A stretch of DNA of 64,000 nt from Mobula birostris. Lineage: Eukaryota. A program made the translations under genes and the position numbers. The stretch is from positions 180,189,487 through 180,253,486 of the forward strand of contig NC_092374.1 in NCBI RefSeq assembly GCF_030028105.1. Reading direction: 5' to 3'. Below are positions 24,901-36,700 of this stretch, one piece after another. Under the pieces are notes generated by a model. That model was given only the letters and a program-made list of their open reading frames with translations, did no database searches and had not been told where the DNA came from. The stretch's first letter is position 1. Each line of letters starts with the position of its first letter.

Positions 24901-25116
24901 AGTTTGAGATGCCTTCAGTTGTTCTTCAATGAAAGTCACATGATTGTCTGAGAATGTTATGCCCTTCAATAGATTGCTGAATGACTGCCTGACTTTAGTC
25001 CACAAATTGACCCACACTCGTTTGTAGTTACCTAAACCCAGAAATGATCTGTATTGCTGGACTGTTGCAGGGAGTTTAGTTGATTTGACAGCCTTCATAC
25101 GATCCTTGTTGGTTTC

Positions 25117-25754
25117 TGTCGGGGTGCTGGAGCAGGGATCCAATCGCAGACCCGGTACTGTGCACTCAGTGATATTAATTGAGTAACAAATCCGGAGGTG
25201 CAAACAAAGTCAGCATCAAAGTTGAGGCAGAGATCAAAACATCCAGAGAAATCCAAAAACCAGAATCGGGAAACAGGCAGAGTGGATATTCAGACAGACA
25301 GAGTAGAAACCCAAGGTGCAAACGAAGTTGACATCAAAGTTGAGGCAGAGATCAAAACATTCAGAGAAATCCGAAAACCAGAATCGGGAAACAGGCAGAG
25401 TCAATATTCTGATGGACAGAGTACAGATACAAATGCTGGAAAGGCTCAGGAAAATTCACTGGCACAATCTGGCAACAAACAAGTGAAAACACAGGACTAA
25501 AATATACTGAGCAATAAACAGAGGCAGACGACAGGCGGAGCACAATGAGACAGAAGTGGCAGAAAAACAGGTAATAATGAGAAACAGGTGAGAGACGGAG
25601 TACTCAGTAATACAGGGGCTGGAGTAGGGCAGGGGCAGGGACAGGAGCACATGGGGCATGAAAACAAACAAGAGCACATGGCAATACAAAACCACAGACT
25701 GACGGCTAGGGGGAAAACACACAAAAAGACAAAGTTCAACTGGAGGTACTGACA
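25117..25754. mobile_element. Solo LTR inserted in the ERV RT
   Basis: TGTC...TGACA termini, near-matching 5-bp flanks gtttc/atttc, and an internal ~130-bp tandem duplication (about 25205-25400). Confidence 0.7.
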
Positions 25755-26079
25755 ATTTCCCACCTACTTCGGGAAATTATTTGTCCCAAGTAAGTTACTT
25801 CCTCTTGTTACAATTGTGTTTTGTCCAAACTTTCCTTGAGGATAAATGATCAGGTAAGGAGAGTCCATCGCATTCATACTGGTCTGCAGTGTCAGATGCA
25901 ATCAGGCTGTATCATGGTCAACTCATTGGTTGGCAAGTCCCTCAGATGTTGTCTCAGATCCATGTGGCAGACAGTTGGGCTGTTGGACAATCCTTCTGGC
26001 AATTGCATCCACTGGTATTGCTGTCCATTGACTGTAAAAGCCAACCAGGGATAGTGTTCAGGCACCAGGGGTATAGATC

Positions 26080-26560
26080 AGAAAATCTGCAGATGCCAGA
26101 AACCCAAGCAACACACACAAAAGGCTGGAGGAAATCAGCAGGCCAGGCAGCATCTATGGAAAAGAGTACAGCTGATGTTTCAGGCCGAGACCCTTCAGCA
26201 GGACTGGAGAAAAAAAGGATGAACAATCAGAGTTAAAGGGTTGGGGGAGAAACACAAGGTGATAGGTGAAACTGGGAGGGGGAGGAGTGAAGTAAAGAGT
26301 TGGGAAGTTGATTGGTGAAAGAGATACTGGGCTGAAGAATGGGGGGGGGGGTAGGTTCTAATAAGAGAGGACAGAAGGCCATGGATGAAAGAAAAAGGGA
26401 GGAGGATCACCAGAGGGAAGCAATGGGCAGGCAAGGAGATAAGGTGAGAGAGGGAAATGGGAATGGAGAATAGAGAAGTGGTGGGGGGAGCATTTCCAGA
26501 AGTTCGAGAAATTGACATTCATGCCAACAGGTTGGAGACTACCCAGACAGAACATAAGGT
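26080..26560 (-). mobile_element. Penelope-like 3' fragment
   Basis: EHLMFCLGSLQPVGMNVNFSNF (GIY-YIG C-terminus) and a terminal repeat with a mutated hammerhead core (CTGCTGA). Confidence 0.8.
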
Positions 26561-26820
26561 GTTCTGGCAATCACATCCACTGGTGTTGCTGTCTACTGAC
26601 GTTGAAAGCCAATCACAGAAAATGTTCAGGCACCAGGGATGTAGGATAGAAACTGTTGGTCATCTCAGTGACTGTGAGGCACTTCAGTGATGATTTCAGT
26701 GCAGTGAAAATGGTTGGTGGGTCGGCCACGAAAAGAGTTAACCTGTCAGTACGTTAATTGGCAATCCTAAAATCCACGTTAGTCTCCAGGTATTCTTTGC
26801 TTTCTTAACAGGCCATAAGG

Positions 26821-27026
26821 CAGTGGTCCCCAACCGCTGGGATGCGAGGAAACGATATGATTTGGCGATATGAAACGATATGAGTCAGCTGCACCTTTCC
26901 TCATTCCCTTTCACGCCCTCTGTTGAACTTGAACACCCCTCCCCCCCACCCCCCCGTTGGCCGGACCACAAGAATATTGTCAATATTAAACCGGTCCGCG
27001 GTGCAAAGAAAGGTTGGGGACCCCTG
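26821..27026. mobile_element. hAT MITE with a perfect 8-bp TSD
   Basis: TIRs CAGTGGTCCCCAACC / GGTTGGGGACCCCTG and TSD CCATAAGG on both sides. Confidence 0.9.
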
Positions 27027-27849
27027 CCATAAGGGACTGTTTAATAGACTGTGAGTTTTGATAAGAATCCCTCATTCCTCCAGCTAGTGAACAATAGGTA
27101 AAATACCTTCCACTGACGTTCTATTAAGATTATACTGCTTAGAACACGGGGGACACATTTCCTATAAATGTAACAGGCTCCATCTTCAACAGGCTACAGT
27201 CATTTGCGTCTTTTCGGCATACCGGCTGAATTGTGGCTCAGATGTGATGACCACATGAAGTTTCAGGCATCCTGACCCCTCTCAAGCTCAAGTGTGGAGT
27301 TTAAAATCAACAAGACATCCATTACAAGAAGAGGTTGGGAAACGTCTTCCAGCCAAAACTGTATTTTCTGCAGGACCAAGCTGCACTTCAACTGGTCTGC
27401 TTTAGAATCAGAATCAGAATCAGGTTTATTATCACCGGCACGTGTCATGAAATTTGTTAACTTGGCAGCAGCAGTTCAATGCAATGCATAATATAGAAGG
27501 AAAAAAAAAAAGAGATAATAATAAATAAATAAATCAATTACAATACAGTATATGTATATTGAATAGATTAAAAATCGTGCAAAAAACAGAAATAATATAT
27601 AGGCCTGATCTTATTCTCACAGATCAATGAATATGTTGTAAAAAAAAATCTCTCCCTACTTGTACATAGTTTTCTCCTTTTGCTTGTTCTTTCTTTCCTC
27701 TCTTTTCTATAAGTGTATACCTCAGATAAATATTAAGTGGAGATTTGTGGCAAATTATGACTATATGATATATATGTATAGTATCTGAAATACACCTTGT
27801 TGAAATGTTTGTTTGATGATGAACTTCAATAAAAAATAAATTACAAAAA

Positions 27850-29015
27850 AATTGAGGTGGTGTTCAAGGGTTCAATGTCCATTTAGGAATCAGATGTCAG
27901 AGAGAAAGAAGCTGTTCCTGTATCGCTGAGTGTGTTCCTTTTGGCTTCTGTACCTCCTACCTGATGGTAACAGTGAGAAAAGGGCGTGCCCTGGGTGCTG
28001 GAGGTCCTCAATAATGGACGCTGCCTTTCAGAGACACTGCGCCTTGAAGATGTCCTGAGTACTTTGTAGGCTAGTACCCAAGATGGAGTTGACTAGATTT
28101 ACAACTTTCTGTAGCTTCTTTCTGTCCTGTGCAGTAATCTCACCCCCATACCAGACAGTGATGCAGCCTGTCAGAATGCTCTCCACGGTACATTATAGAA
28201 GTTTTTGAGTGTATTTGTTGAAGTGTAGTCATTGTCTTGCCTTCTTTATAACTGCATCGATATGTTGGGACCAGGTTAGATCCTCAGAGATCTTGACACC
28301 CAGGAACTTGAAACTGCTCACTCTCTCCACTTCTGATCCGTCTATGAGGATTGGTATGTGTTCCTTCACCTTACCCTTCCTGAAGTCCACAATCAGCTCT
28401 TTCGTCTTACTGACGTTGAGTGCCAGGTTGTGGCTGCAGTACCATTCCACTAGCTGGCATATCTCACTCCTGTACGCCCTCTCGTCATCATCTGAGATTT
28501 TACCAACAATGGTTGTATCATCAGCAAATTTATAGATGGTATTTGAGCTATGCCTAGCCACACAGTCATGGGTATATAGAGAGTAGAGCAGCGGGCTAAG
28601 AACACACCCCTGAGGTGCACCAGTATTGATCATCAGTGAGGAGGATATGTTATCACCAATCCGTACAGATTGTGGTCCTCCAGTTAGGAAGTTGAGGATC
28701 CAATTGCAGAGGGAGGTACAGTGGCCCAGGTTCTGCAACTTACCAATCAGGATTGTGGGAATAATGGTATTAAATGCTGAGCTATAGTATAGCATCCTGA
28801 CATAGGTGTTTATGTTGTCCAGGTGGTCTAAAGCCATGTGAAGAGCCATTGAGATTGCATCTGTTGTTGACCTATTGTGGCGATAGGCAAACTGCAATGG
28901 GTCCAGGTCCTTGCTGAGGCAGGAGTTCAGTCTAGTCATGACCAAACTCTCAAAATATTTCATCACTGTCGATGTGAGTGCTACCAGGCGCTAGACATTA
29001 AGGCAGCCCACATTA
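27850..29015 (-). mobile_element. Rex1/Babar RT fragment (245-aa open stretch at 28229-28966)
   Basis: RT core motifs [15 protein letters not shown] and FKFLG. Confidence 0.9.
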
Positions 29016-29179
29016 TTATTCGAGTCATTTTCTGTTCTCCAGCACCAAGTGCACATTTGCACACTCTGTATTGCTCAGTGGTACTTTGCAGCTTTGGGCA
29101 ATGGTTTTACTTACACATCTTCCCTCTGCTCTGGTACCTAATGAGAATTCAGCACATTCATTTCTAATCTGTTTTTTTT

Positions 29180-30620
29180 TACTTTATCAGGGAAAGCAAG
29201 AACTGCAAGAAAGGATTTAGTCATTTTCTGTTATTAAGATTACGATGTTCATGTCAAAAAGTTGTGTTTGTTGATCAGCAATCATTTACTGAACCCTGCC
29301 ATCTGGTCTGGATCCCCGGACATTGTTGGTGTGGATGATGGAGCTTGTGGTTGAACCAGTGACTGTTGACCACCTTGTTTCCTGCTCCAACAGCTTTTAG
29401 ACCAATGTCTCATTTTATCACAATAAATCCTTTGGGGACTTGGTCTCTCTTCTGTCCTTGGTCAATGGGTAGTACTGCCTATGATGCTCTTACTTCAACT
29501 TCTAACTGACTACATGAAGTGCTAAGTTAGTTCCAATTTGATTTTATTAACCTGGCCATCCTCGAAGACTGACTTCAGTGAGCCATCATCAAATCCCTCT
29601 ACCTTACTTTCATTTACTCTTGGAACTCCGGAGTTGCTCGACTACACTGCTCTGAAGTGTTCATCATATTCAGGGACATCCATGGAATTCCTCTGCTTGC
29701 AATCAAGTACCTTTCCCCAGTTTGTTAATGTTGGGGCCTGTTCTTTCAAACACGACCTCGTAGCGTTCCAATCACCTTATTGACTTTGCTTATCATTTCC
29801 CATGCCAGTACACGCGACATGTTAACTGTCTGACTTAACGAGGAAACGAGACAGACATCAGAATTTGGATGGAGGTCATATGTAGTTTTGGCTGGAGGGA
29901 TCGTGGCATCAGTGCCAGACTTTGGAGCGAAGGCTCCCGAGTTCAAATCCAGCCGGCCCCCTTGCACGCTTTCCGTCTGTGCTGGGTTGAGCGTCAAGCT
30001 AGCAACTCGGCCTCCTAAAAATAAGAAAGCCTGCAAAAAAAAAAAAAAACGCCGTCACGACAGCATCCCGATGACTCCACTCGGAGTTAAGGGCTTTCTT
30101 CTTCATATATTGTTTTAATATGCAGAAGATCAGCCCAGGTCTTCAAATTTCCTTTGTTTGGACATGGACAATCTATTAATTTCTCAGGTTCGGTAGATTG
30201 GTGAGAAAACGCTTATCTTCTTTCATGGGATCCGTCTTTGTTCCTGTGCATCTTCACTTGTTTGGTGTTTAATGGAGCTAGTTGAGACTTGCCTCTTTGT
30301 TGTCATCACCACTTGGACCACTAGAGGTAGCTGTAATATCTGGGTCATGTCTGTTCTGCAAACTCGCTAAACTTTTCAGACAGACGCTCTTTCAGATTAT
30401 TGCCAAATATAGGTGATATTTTGCGCGAGGAGGGGAAATCAGTGACAGAACCACCCATCTGAGCTCCTTTTTACTGTTCTTTCTTGTCTTTGAGCACCAA
30501 GTAGTTCATTTCAATTTTATCACAATTCTGCTGTAGTTTTTCCCTTGCTCAGTAAACACACAGATTTGCTCTTTCAGATTTTGTTTACTCTCTCCATCAT
30601 ACTGACTTTGTAGTCTGTCA
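29180..30620 (-). mobile_element. ERV gag relic, upstream of the pol relic
   Basis: Zinc-knuckle remnant YCDKMRHWSKSC near 29390-29440, in the same orientation as and 5' of pol. Confidence 0.5.
29889..30110 (+). mobile_element. tRNA-derived SINE
   Basis: B-box gagttcaaatcc, an A-rich segment and a (cttct) tail. Homologous to 15526-15657. Confidence 0.7.
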
Positions 30621-31309
30621 TAATTCTCCTTCCTCTTCCTCACTTGTTCATTGGCGCAGATTTGCTCCTTAGATTTCCCGTAGTTTTTATCATGGCTGAC
30701 TTTGTAAATGAATACACTCTCTCTTTGTCACAACATGCGCTGGCAACATCAGTGTGGAGGAAAGCCAGACTCCCAAGTAGAGACGGCAACGAGAGTTTAT
30801 TAATAATATTTCCAAACGAACATCGGTGGTTCAGCTAGTGACATTACGAGAAGTAACATTCTCAAAACTAGAACCCCGCGATTAGCACTAATCGGGTGTC
30901 CCCTTGAATACAAGAAACATGAAATCTCCAAGCCTATCAAAATAAGCATAACAATCTTTAAACAGAAAGCACCAGGAAACCACATTACTAAGGACAAGAC
31001 ACTTAAGCAAAACACAAAGATGATTAATGATTAATGATTAATGATTAATGGCTCTCATTAAGCAACAATTAACCTCAGGGCCGATGCTCTCTGGCATTCC
31101 AGACAGGCACACAGAGCTCATGACACTCTTCCTTAGTTGTTATAAAACTGCTAAGGTCCATTTCGATTCCTTCTGTCCCTTGGGCATTCTTTGGATCTTA
31201 CCCAATGCCTTTTAATATCTTCCAGCACTCTGATTCCATCAGGCTCAGCACTGAAGATGTATTTCATTCTGATTTCTTCACTAGACTTATCTAGTTAGAA
31301 TAATTTGTT

Positions 31310-31740
31310 TAGATATGGTGCAATATGTATCACTAACAAAATGCTGGAGGAACTCAGCAGGTCAGGCAGCGTCCTTGGAGGGAAATGAACAGTCAATGTA
31401 TGGGGCTGAGACCCTTCATCAGGACCCGAAAGAAAGAGGGCGGAGGCCAGAATCAAAAGGGTGGGGGAGGTGGAGGAGTGCACATTTTCAGGTGCTAGGT
31501 GGGTCCAGGTGGAGGGCAAGGTGGGTGGGTTGGGAGAGAAGGGATGAAAATGAATGATGTGAAAAGCTGAGAGGTGATGAGTGGAAGCTGAATGGCTGAA
31601 GAAGAAGGAATCGGACAGGAGAGGACAGTAATCCGTGGAATAAAGGGATGGAGGGGGGGAATCAGGAAAATGATGGGCAAGTCATGAGGGCAGGAAAAGG
31701 GAAGAGAAGGGGTAAGACAGAAAGTGCAGATGCTGTTAAT
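31310..31740 (-). mobile_element. Penelope-like terminal fragment
   Basis: 'aaaatgctggaggaactcagcagg...gagacccttcatcaggac'. Confidence 0.7.
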
Positions 31741-32352
31741 TGCCTCTGACTGTTGGGTATGGCAGCACACCCCACACATCACCACCCAATACTCACCAAT
31801 GTTAGACATTCCCGTAGATCCTGTACAAACACGCACCCTTTTCCAGGAATGAAGTTCAACATGATGTTCCGATGACTAATTCCTTTCCCGCATTTACTAT
31901 TTTGAAGGAAATCATGGACAACGATGATCATGTTCATGATACAACATCTTGTTTCAGATCATTCGTGCTAACAAGTTTGCCCTTTTTGATGGAGTTATAT
32001 GGAGTCCGGTGCTACCCATGTTGCTGCGCGAGGTCCATGATAACACTATCACGCCCTTTCAAGGGTTCACAGTGAAGGCTGCCTTTGCATGGTTTTGTAA
32101 GGCAGAGTTTGAGTGACGCAATGCACCCGTGTTCTAAATGGAATACTGATTCTGGGATTTTTAATCACAATGTCCTTTGCAAGGATTGTTGCAATTCAAC
32201 AAAGTTCTTGTCAATAAGAAATAGCTTAAAATAATGGACCAATATGTATTTTATGTCACAAACAAGAGAGAATCTGCAGATGCTGGAAATCCAAGGCAAC
32301 ACACACAAAATACAGCAGGAACTCAGCAGACCAGGCAGCGTCTATGGAAAAG

Positions 32353-32870
32353 CTGCTACTGTGTGGTAACCGGAATCTCCGGAGCTGAAGGCCCCGAAAT
32401 CCTCGGCTTTGCATGTTTCAGCGGCCGGGGAGAGGTTGAAGGCGCTCGGCAGAGCATGGCGCTCGGGAGGCTGTATTGGAGAGGCTGCTCGGAAGCTCAG
32501 AGTTTTCGGACGGATGGACTCAGGGTCGGCTGAGGTCGGCTGCTTCCAAGGTATTGGCAAGTTGACGGTGCCTGGAGGTTTATGGCAGGGAGTTTCTCCC
32601 TTTTGCCGCCTGCTATCGGGGACTCAGGAGTCGATCGACTCAGAACTTTGAGGCTTTTTTTACCGTGCCCATGGTCTGTTCTTCATCAAATTATGGTATT
32701 GCTTTGCACTGCTTTAACTATATGTTCTAATTATGTGGTTCTGTCAGTGTTAGTCTTTGGTTTGTCCTGTTTTCTGTGATATCACTCTGGAGAAACACTG
32801 TATCATTTCTTAATGCATGTATGCATTTCTAAATGACAATAAGAGAGGATTAAGTGTTCTCATAATCTAA
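32353..32870 (+). mobile_element. 5'-truncated copy of the 650-bp retroposon
   Basis: Collinear with the 3' ~500 nt of 34705-35374 and ends ctcataatctaa. Confidence 0.75.
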
Positions 32871-32877
32871 GAGTACA

Positions 32878-32915
32878 CAGTCGACATTTCAGGTCGAGAC
32901 CCTTCATCAGGACTG
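32878..32915 (-). ncRNA. Minimal type I hammerhead ribozyme motif (Penelope)
   Basis: CAGTC-CTGATGA-AGGGTCTCGACCT-GAAA-T-GTC-GACTG. Stem I CAGTC/GACTG is perfect and the core is intact except 15.2 C>T. Confidence 0.6.
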
Positions 32916-34480
32916 GAAAGGAAGGGGAAAAGTCAGAGTAGGAAGGTGGGAGGAGGGGAGGAAGAAGTACAAGGTGGCAGGTGAAAGGTGAAACTGGAGA
33001 GGGGGAGGGGTGAAGTAAAGAGCTGAGAAGTCGATTGGTGAAAGAGATAAAGGGCTGGAGAAGTGGGAATCTGACAAGTGAAGACAGAAGTCCATGGGAG
33101 AAAGAAAAGGAGGAGGAGGACCGGAGGGAGGTGATGGATGGCTCAGGAGATAAGGTGAGAGAGGGAAATGGGATGTTCATGTCATCGGGTTGGAGGCTAC
33201 CCAGTTGGAATATAAGGTGTTGCTCCCCAACCTGAGTGTAGATTTATCATGACAGGAGAGGAGGACATGGACTGACATGCCGGAATGGGAATGGGAAATA
33301 GAATTGAAATGGATAGCCACTGGGCGATCCCGCTTTTTCTGGAAGATGGAGCCTGGGTACTCAGTGAAGAGGTCTCCCAATCTATGTCGGGTCTCACCGA
33401 TATACGGGAGGCCACACCAGGAGCACCGGGCACACTATATGACCTCAACAGACTCACGGGTGAAGTGTCGCCTCGCCTGGGAGGACTGTTTGTGGCCCTG
33501 AATGGTAGTGAGGGAGGAGGTGTAGGGGCAGGCGTAGCACTTGTTCTGCCTGCAAGGGTAAGTGCCAGGAGGGAGATCAATGGGGAGGGTCAAATGGACA
33601 AGGGAGTGGCCTCGGGAGCAATCGCTGCAGAAAGCAGAAAGTGAGTGGGGGCAAGGGAAAGATATGCTTGGTGGTGGGATCCTGTTGGAGGTGGCAGAAG
33701 TTATGGAGAATTACGTGCTGGACACGGAGGCTGGTGGAGTGGTAGGTGAGGACAAGAATCCTATCACTGGAGGGGTGGCGGGAGGAGGGGTTGAGGCAGA
33801 TGTGCAAGAAATGGAAAAGATGTGGGTTTGGCAGCATTGATGGTGGAGGAAGGGAAGACTCTTTCTTTGAAGAATGAGGACATCTCATTAGATCTGGACT
33901 GAAAATCCTCATCCTGTGAGCAGATGTGGTGGAGGTTCAGGAACTGAGAGAAGGGGATGGCATTTTTACGAGTGACAGGGTGGGAAGGGGTAGCTGTGAG
34001 AATCGGATAGTCAAATATAATGAAAGCCTCCTTCTCATAACTGACATCTCTCTTCTCCTTCCTCTCATCAGGCAGTAGCTACAAGTGCTTGAAACCACGC
34101 TCCCTCAGGCTCAAGGACAACTTCGATCCCCATATAATAAACTTCAACAGACTTCTATAGATGTGCGGTGGAGAGTATATTGACTGGCTACATCATAGTC
34201 TGGCATAGAAACACCAAAGCCCTCAAACGGAAGGTCGTGGATACGGCCCAGTTCACCACAGGTAAAGCCCTCCCCATCACTGAGCACATCTACACAGAGT
34301 GTTGTTGCAGGACAGCAGCATCCGACATCAGGGACTGCCACCGACCAGGAAATGCTGTCTTCTCACTGTTACCATCAGAAAGAAGGTAGAGGAGCCTCAG
34401 GACTCGCAACATCCGGTTCAGGGATAGTTATTACCCCTCAACTATCACATTCCTGAACCAAAGGGGATAACTTTACTCAA

Positions 34481-34609
34481 ACAACAGGAATTCTGCAGAT
34501 GTTGGAAATTCAAGCAACACACATCAAAGTTGCTGGTGAACGCAGCAGGCCAGGCAGCATCTCTAGGAAGAGGTACAGTCGACGTTTCAGGCCGAGACCC
34601 TTCCTGACC
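34481..34609 (-). mobile_element. 129-bp Penelope terminal-repeat insertion with a 10-bp TSD
   Basis: TSD CTTTACTCAA at 34471-34480 and 34610-34619. Confidence 0.8.
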
Positions 34610-34704
34610 CTTTACTCAACTTCACTTGCCTCATCGTTGAAATATTCATACAATCTATGGACTCACTTTCAAGGCCTCTTTGTCTCATGTTCTTGTTATT
34701 AATT

Positions 34705-35374
34705 GAGGAGAAGATGGCGACGTGATGCAGCGCGCAGTGGCCGCTCTGGTGATGAATACCTATTATCTGTCACGTAGGGTTCCGTGCACAATCTTGATTT
34801 GATGGAGACGGATGTGAGAGCATGGAGGAACATCTGGTGAAACTTCTGAAATGCCTGTTTCACTGCCGCTGCTACTGTGTGATCCGAAATCTCCGGAGGG
34901 GAAGGCCCCGAGTCCTTGGCTTTCCCTGCTGCTTGGCGGCCGGGGCGGGGTCGAAGCGCTGGGCAGAGATGGTGCTCGGTGTTTGGTGTCGGAGGGCTGG
35001 TCGGAGGCTCGAAGTTTTCAGATGGACCCAGAGTCAGTTGTGGTCGGGTGCTTCCAATGGCGCTGCATCGGCAAGTTTGCGGCGCTAGAGGTTCATGGCA
35101 GGGAGAGTTTCTCCCTTCTACCGTCTGCATGAGATGATGAGGCTATCGGGACTTTGACACTTCTTATTTACCATGCCCATGGTCTGGTCTTTATCAAATT
35201 ATGGTATTGCTTTGCACTGTTGTAACTATATGTTATAATTATGTTGTTTTTGTCAGTTTTAGTCTTGGTCTGTTCTGTGTTTCTGTGATATCATACTGGA
35301 GGAACATTGTATCATTTCTTAATGCATGCTTTACTAAATGACAATAAACGAGGACTGAGTGTCCTCATAATCTA
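34705..35374 (+). mobile_element. Full-length 670-bp non-coding retroposon
   Basis: TSD ATTAATT, 5' GAGGAG-AAGATGGCG (YY1-like) and 3' ctcataatcta. Confidence 0.8.
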
Positions 35375-35639
35375 ATTAATTATTATTTCTTTCTTTCTGT
35401 ATTTGCACATTGTTGTCTTTTGCACACTGGGTTGAACACCCAAATTGGAGCGGTCTTTCATCGATTCTATTATGGATTTATTAAGCGTGCCCACAAAAAA
35501 ATGAATCTTAGGGTTGTATGTGGTGACATATATGTACTTTGATAATAAATATACTTTGAACTTTGAACCTTAACCTCATATTCTACCTTGTAATAACCCT
35601 AGCACTTTGTTGTTTGCATGAACTGTAACACTTTATTGG

Positions 35640-36700
35640 AATCAGAATCAGTTTTAATATCACCAGTATATGTCGTGAAATCTGTTAACTTTGCGGCAGC
35701 AGTACAATGCAATACACTTATATTAATAAAACTAAGTTACAATAGAGATATATATGCATCAAATAGTTCAGTTAAATAAGTAGTGCAAGAACAGAAACAA
35801 AGACATGTGAGGTCGTGCTCATGGGTTCAACGTCCATTCAGAAATTGGATGGCAGAGGGGAAAAAGCTGTTCCTGAATTGCTGAGTTTGTGCCTGCAGGC
35901 TTCTGTACCTCCTTCCTGATGGCAGCAACCAGAAGAGAGCACGTAGGGGATGGTCGGGCATGGTAGGGGTCCTTAATGAGGCACCACTCCTTGAAGATGT
36001 CTTAGATACTACAGAGGCTAGTGCCCATGATTGAGCTGGCTAGTTTGTCAACTCCCTACAGCTTACTTTGATCCTGTACAGTAGCCCCCCACCGACCCCA
36101 CAGCGGACAGTGATGCAGTCAGTCAGAATGCTCTCCACAGTATATCTGTAAACATTTTTGCGTGTTTTGGGTGATATACTAAGTCTCCTCAAACTCCTAA
36201 TGAAATACAACTGCATCAATATGCTGGGATCTGGTTAGGTCTTCAGAGATATTGATACCCAGGAACTTGAAATTGCTCACTCTCTCCACTTCTAATCCCT
36301 CTATGAGGATTGGTTCATGTTCCTTCATTTTACCCTCTGAAGCCTACAACCAGCTCCTTGGTCTTACTGATGTTGAGTGCCAGGTTTTCGCTGCTTCACC
36401 ACTCCACTAGCTGGTATATTTTACTCCTAAACGCACTTTCATCTCCATCTGAGATTCTGCCAACAATGGTTGTATCATCCCCAAATTTAGAGATGACATT
36501 TGAGCTATGCCTAGCCACACAGTCACGGGTATAGAGAGAGTAGAACATTGGGCTAAGCACATGTCACTGGAGGTGTGCCAATGTTGATTGTCAGCAAGAT
36601 GGAGATGTTACTACCTATCCGCACAGATTCTGGTCATCTGTTTAGAAAGTTGAAGATCCAGTTGCAGTACAGAGGCCCAGGTTCTGTAGCTTTTCAATCA
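35640..36700 (-). mobile_element. Rex1/Babar RT 3' fragment
   Basis: Reverse of [27 protein letters not shown]-like sequence with a ttctgatt tail. Confidence 0.75.

Larger units (their letters stand above)
22900..27400 (-). mobile_element. Endogenous retrovirus pol relic (protease end, RT, RNase H, integrase)
   Basis: KQYNL..EGILP..NSP|LWPVKK..WRL, QEEVTYLG, YRSFLGLGNY, PIGHYSAKLD..CLRAV, GTPIKN..HGNPSADKAAK, LINDYIPKRG..DSVRGTH, HPELSGQAE*MNGT. Many stops and insertions. Confidence 0.8.
32250..33960 (-). mobile_element. Penelope-like element 3' part (linker, GIY-YIG, terminal repeat)
   Basis: LVLTYHSTSLRVQHVILHNFCHLQQDPTTKHIFP, a GLPYIGET-type GIY-YIG segment and PVAIHFNS. Split by the retroposon at 32353-32870. 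Confidence 0.85.

Noticed and set aside
25200-25400. CRISPR-like or regulatory repeat array
   Set aside because: Two ~130-bp tandem units inside a solo LTR, with no spacers, in a eukaryotic context.
28229-28966. 245-aa and 254-aa (49605-50369) RT ORFs as active elements or genes
   Set aside because: 5'-truncated Rex1/Babar fragments lacking the endonuclease. The first also has a deletion in the FIDY motif.
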